Shown here in pieces: positions 58,540-64,000 of a stretch of DNA of 64,000 nucleotides. Within the stretch, counting starts at the first letter, position 1. The number at the start of each line of letters is the position of its first letter. The notes under the pieces are model-generated. The model was not told where the DNA came from, searched no databases, and worked only from the letters and a program-made list of their open reading frames with translations. Source of the stretch: Trichoplax adhaerens (lineage: Eukaryota > Animalia > Placozoa); the NCBI RefSeq assembly GCF_000150275.1, contig NW_002060943.1, positions 8,068,066 to 8,132,065 of the forward strand, written 5' to 3'. Made by a program: the position numbers and the translations under genes.

Positions 58540-58911
58540 ATGGAAAACGGTAAAGAACTTTCCATCGTTGAAAGAATACAGAAATTCAACAAAGCTGTTA
58601 ATAACATGGACTCAGTGGTCATGGTCCCTTGCCAGCTACTCGATGAATCGACAAAATGTCTTAACAGCGGCTCATATCGAAAATTTAGCACGACAGAATC
58701 GGATATGCATAGATGCTTTACTCTTCTAAAAAAAGCCAAATACTACCTGAACCAAGGCGATGCCCTTGGAGCGAACAAAGACAATTCCGTCGATGAAGAA
58801 CTGAAAGACTTTGTCAATCATCTAGAAGGACTGTACAAATCCTTAGATGTTCTCACTGAAGTTGCAAGTGGAGTTGCCAAGCACTATCAAAATGAAGTTG
58901 TCAAATATTAG
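58540..58911 (+). CDS. Spot14 family protein (MID1IP1/MIG12/THRSP-like), single coding exon, 123 aa
   Basis: SIVERIQKFNKAVNNMDSVVMVPCQLLD matches the Spot14 N-terminal motif (F..AVNNMD.TVMVP..L.D). The C-terminal HLEGLYKSLDVLTEVA...Y zipper also matches. ATG at 58540. Confidence 0.85.
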   Translation: MENGKELSIVERIQKFNKAVNNMDSVVMVPCQLLDESTKCLNSGSYRKFSTTESDMHRCFTLLKKAKYYLNQGDALGANKDNSVDEELKDFVNHLEGLYKSLDVLTEVASGVAKHYQNEVVKY

Positions 58912-60274
58912 AAATGGGTTCAAAAGCTAAAAAAAAAACTACAACGGTTACCACCTGGGTCGAGGACAGTATCATATTATAAACTCTTGTCGCCTGTAGG
59001 CACAGGTATTCTAGATAATTAGTCTTGCGATAGGCTAGAATATTTGCCGTGGCACACTTGCATACACGCTTACAATTGATGAAATTTAAAATTTTTACTA
59101 TTGGTACTTCAATCTAGATGTCACTAAGACTATAATCTCTCTCAAAATGTCTCGCAAGTTTTTTCCATCAATTTTTACTTTTGTTCATTCAAGCTTTATT
59201 ATTGAGTAGTGCGAACTTTGCTAGTTATTGCATTACAATTCCTCTATTACGGTAGGGTAGAAGATTCTACTTTTGCCGGGTAACATTTGCATCCATTTTC
59301 ATGACCTTGATGCAGTTTATTCTACACTTTTACTGTATTAAATCGAAATAAGTAGCTTAATATGCAATGTATGTAATTTAAGATTGATTTCACTTGTTAT
59401 TCCATTAAAGCTGTCTACCATTACTGTATTGACAATGAACTGGTGAGCAACTCTGAATACTGAACGTCTACTGTTAGTACAGTAGACGTGGAATGAAATT
59501 GAATACAGTATCTAGCACGATTGGTAATTTAATTGAATGACGAGATTGAAATGTTAATCTTCAATCTTGACATGGTATAAATATTTCCGGTAAGATTAAA
59601 TAAATTTTATAAAATTAGCCCCTAATTTTTTGAAACTTGCACTAATGAATTCATAGATCTACGCGTAGTTTGCGCTACTTGGTGTTGCATTGCACGTAAT
59701 GCAGTACATGCATTTCTAGGATACAGTAATCATTCGTCGATTTTTATCTGTAACAACGCCTGATTATGTTCAACTGTTTTATTATAACAATTATTAATTA
59801 ATGAATTCATTGATTATAATGATTATTATTGATTCTGCATCACTTACTGGGCGTTGAGCCTTTTTTAGACTGTCAATCTTGCTCAGTTGTTACTGTCTCT
59901 TTATGTTACTCTCTACAGTACCTGTATGTTCTGCAGATGCTGTAGCGACAAAATCGGGATAAGACGACTGCTAAACAAGCTGATACGATATCGATGTTGT
60001 ATGTTATCTCTCTAGATATAGTATATAATAATACATCAGCAATAGATCAAAGTAAGGATGCTAATATAGTAGTAGTTTTAATGAATAAAACATGGTAAAT
60101 AAAATGCAAAAATGGACCTAAAATTGAGTGATAATTGGGTATCATTGATACAGGACATGGCTAATGCTGAGCTCTTATATTGACTCTAGTAGTTTATTGT
60201 GTACGTCATGTCTTGACAGACTGACATGCAGTAAATCACAGCTCAGCATCAACAAAAGAGCTATCAAAAAGAAT

Positions 60275-60301
60275 CACGAGCACGAGCACGGGTCACCCCA
60301 C
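60275..60301 (+). promoter_or_regulatory. CACGAG-CACGAG-CACGGG repeat fused to an SRE-like GTCACCCCAC
   Basis: Seen directly ~1.15 kb upstream of the DGAT2-family ATG. Function is inferred from motif similarity only. Confidence 0.35.
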
Positions 60302-61448
60302 TAGCTCAACACAATGCCCCCTGGCAACAGACAGACATCGTATGGACTAGCCAGACTGTAATGGCTAGTGTCAGAGTGTCGGTACTAGGGATTGCACTGA
60401 TGGCCATTTTGGGGCCCAGGACAGTACGGACTACAGCTACTCACAGGATCATTGGGGGCTAACATGCACGCCAAAGGGTCAAGCTGCCTATTGACTTTTG
60501 CCAATATGCCTGCAATCGGATTGAAAAATGGAAAAATATTTTCATGCATTTGATATAACATGCACAAATCAGACTATCGATAGTCATGATCCATTCTTGA
60601 AGTTGAATTACCCTGTGCGTAGTTGAGAAATTCCTCAACATGACAACAATCAGTTGGAACTACTATTCGTAGAAACATGATTCATTTTCAATAGACGAGT
60701 GCCTTTCAAAAATGGACAGATAATCAATCATGAATTGCGGACAAGAGATTGTTGTGGCCCAATCCATAAACATTCTTGCATGTTCAATCCAACCAGTCAG
60801 CAAGTCGCTGTAAGATCATGACCTGGTGGAAATGCTGTACAGTCGAGACTGTGTATGAGCTCGACTGTAGTGCATTTCTGCACCCTTTTTGGGGGCAATG
60901 ATGAATGCCTGTTTAAAGCCATAGAGGAGTGCCAAGGAGTAATAGTGAGAAAGTTTATCAACAAGCAAACGCACAGTTTGAAGTCAACAACTTCCATTTA
61001 AATCTTCACTTATAACCTTCGTCTGCTGAAAATCAACACAACTCGCTCATTCATCTGGCCATCTGGCCCACGCACTTCCTTTCCCTAGCTGTCCATATGT
61101 GTTGCCAATATCGTCCATCTTTACAATAAAAACTATTCATTTTCAAAGCATATACCTTTCAACACTATCAGACCATGGCCTAAGACGCAAAAGAGATCAT
61201 ACTAATCTTACCATGATTCTTCTTTATTCAGCCGGTATACTGTATGATACATCAGTTGGGTCAAAGCATTTTGTATTTGTGGACAGTCGAGGCCAGCGTA
61301 GACTACCGTTGAGCATCCTCTAATCTGCCAGAACTATTCTAGCTAGTGGAGCGCGTTAAAGAGCTCAAAGTGCAAACTAATCCTGCCTAATAATTCAACA
61401 ACTCTTACCATTCATTTGATCGCCATACTATCGTCATTGACCGCCATC

Positions 61449-63881
61449 ATGAAGGTGTTTGGGATCGATTTTGCGCCACTCAATATTCCATTTCAACGAC
61501 GTATTCAAACTTTTGCTACCTTAGTGGCGGTGGTGTTGTTCCTATTCGGTCATTCTGTCGGACTAGCAATGACCATTTGCGGTTTACTATTTCCACCATT
61601 GACTGTCCCTATACTATTCTATCTCGTCTGGATTTACTTCTTCGACAGTCAATGCCCTCGTCGTGGTGGTCGACGAATCGAGTTCTTTCGCAATTGGTCA
61701 TTTTGGAGGTATTTTTCCGACTACTTTCCTTGTAAGGTAATCAAAACGTGCCAATTGGATCCTAGTCGAAGTAAGTACAGCGTCGATGCATACGGATGAA
61801 ATCAATTTCTAGCCTGTGATGCATCGCCCATATCCCTTTCACGCAACCATCTGCTTACCTTACAGTAAATTATCTCATGGACGAGTTCGTAAATTTGTAT
61901 CTATAATCTCCAGCAATCATAGCCATTCCTCTTCCTATACCGAATATACGTATAAGTTCTAACACTGGGTTCTCCATTTGAACACAGTATCATCATCATC
62001 ATCTTGATTACTATTGTAAACATTCCTACTAAAATTATGCTCATACTCTATTGCTTACAATAACATAATCTTTGGCTTATGACCATCAGTTTCTTAATTG
62101 TACACTATTCTACGTATGGAAGATACGCTAGGTCTAGCCTTAGCTAAGTGCTAATTATATTATTATAAAAAAAGCAACGTTGCGACCTCATCTATTAATT
62201 CTAATGTAAAAATGGTGCAAAAAGCCTCTCACTGGATACCGATCCAAATTAAATCATATATAATCTATACTGTAAGGGATGCCATACAAAATACCTTTAG
62301 CACTGTTAGGCAAACAAGCGGAATATGTTGAAGAGAAATTGACAGGAATGAAATAGATGGTTAAATTGCAATACATCCTTCTCACACCTACAGTACCACC
62401 ATGATAAATGAACGTATAGATAGCCTGATGCGATCAACCAATTCAGCTTCACTTTTAGGTGGCACATTACTATTCTACACCTATAATATTATCGCCAGAT
62501 ACAAATGCAACTGTACTTATCAAAGTACTACTAGTATATGTAGAATCGAAATGATCTCATTGTTATCACCGATAGCCTTTATTATATTCCTTGATGAAGA
62601 TGCCTTGCTGCTAATTTTTAAATACTCTCTTTCTATATTTAACATGTTAAATTCGCCGCTTCCACCTGGATGAAAACTTATCCGCACCAATACACCTATT
62701 GTATCCAAAAATATCTTGTGCAACTCCAACACAACACCATTCATGATCCGTAAAGATTACTTGTTCGCCTATCATCCACACGGGTAAGTACTGCACCGTA
62801 CAATTAGAATGGATAATTAATGAATTAATAGAACTCGGAGAATGATAGTACTGTATAGATTTCTAGAGACAATATTGTGTAATACTCGTACGAGTATATA
62901 GCCATTTCAGAAGCTACTACACTAGAACATTAGGACTAGGTCTAAATCAAAATTTTGCTACACTAGTAATACTGTAGAGTTAATTCTGTAATGACTAAAG
63001 CACTTGTCATTCTGCTGGCAATTATTCCATACAGAGACGAAAGATGTCATAGAGTACAGAAGAAACCTTTTACCGCAATAGCATACAGAGAATGAAAATA
63101 GTACTTTATTTACTGTCTTACAGCCTGATTAGTTGATTACTTGTTTATACATACAGTATTAATAGAATATTCAAACTATTCCCTTTATGAAATTTTCATT
63201 TCCATATACGAGAATATACCGAGTAGTACCAAGGTATCCAAAATATATCATACTCGATACTATACCAGCTGATATTGAAATACTATATAGCAAACATTTG
63301 CACCAATTATCATCACAGGTTGTACATTGTACTGTCACTCAACGAACTAAACTACTAAAAATTTATAATATTGTAAAAACGTAATCTATTGCATAGCACT
63401 GTAGTAAGTTATTGATTATAGGATACAATTCTTTCCAGTTTCTGTTGATGCTTTCAAATTAGAAATTACCATTTTCTCTCTAATATTACAGTATGTCAAC
63501 CCTTGCAAAATCTTTTTACGTATTCCTTTAGCACTAAGGTACATTGATTATAATCATATACAGATTAATAAGCCTAGGGTTTCAGGTCACTTTTGTCGCC
63601 AATGGCAATGACTTTCAAGAGCAATTCCCCGGTATCATCGTACATCCTCTCACACTTAGCTTGGTTTTTCGCTTTCCGTTTATTCGCGATTTTCTCCTAT
63701 CTGTGGGCGTCTGCGATGTAAGTCGTGATAGTTGTCAATACATATTGGAAAAGATGGGCCCTGGACATTCGATTGGTATTGTCATCGGTGGTGCTGCAGA
63801 AGCTTTAGATGCTCATCCGGGCTATTCTAGGCTAAAATTAAAGAATCGACGAGGGTTTATTCGCATTGCTCTTAAATCGGG
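61449..63881 (+). CDS. DGAT2/MOGAT-family acyltransferase, 5' part (exons 61449-61770, 62756-62783, 63564-63881); continues beyond the window
   Basis: FAPLNIPFQRRIQT, PRRGGRR, WRYFSDYFP, LDPSRNYLFAYHPHG, FPGI, FRFPFIRDF, IVIGGAAEALDAHPG and LKNRRGFIRIALKSG. The N-terminus is MOGAT-like. Confidence 0.92.
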
Positions 63882-64000
63882 GTACACGTGTTAATTTTGA
63901 ACAATTTATTCGTATTATAGACCACTGGGATAAACAACTATTAAATTTGTGTAGTAGTCTCAGTTGTCGTTGCACTTCTAGATGATTCTTCATTATTAAA

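Overview
AT-rich, gene-dense, intron-rich animal genomic DNA. The short introns, compact intergenic regions and conserved metazoan proteins resemble a placozoan (Trichoplax/Hoilungia-like) genome; that assignment is inference only. Ten protein-coding genes were reconstructed by hand from splice sites and translation: DUS4L(-), POLR2A/RPB1(+), EMC4(-), PCCB(+), TMEM63/CSC1-like(-), GCKIII kinase STK24/25/26-like(+), HS6ST(-), group I PAK(+), Spot14/MID1IP1-like(+) and a DGAT2/MOGAT-family acyltransferase(+, runs off the window). The first eight form four consecutive head-to-head pairs. The most striking unexplained signal is dense, self-complementary TACAG/CTGTA (TACTGTACAGTA-type) motif islands in every divergent promoter region, with no comparable clusters in the convergent 3'/3' regions. 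Other notable items are a 23-bp hairpin just upstream of the EMC4 ATG, an Arg7-rich Pol II CTD, a GG-AG intron in PCCB, a GC-AG intron in RPB1, a 28-nt exon carrying the DGAT2 HPHG motif, a 5x~180-bp tandem array with dimeric higher-order structure, a 147-bp promoter duplication, an intronic triple AP-1 cluster, and an SRE/E-box cluster between two lipogenic genes. I could not support any tRNA, rRNA, CRISPR array or transposase.
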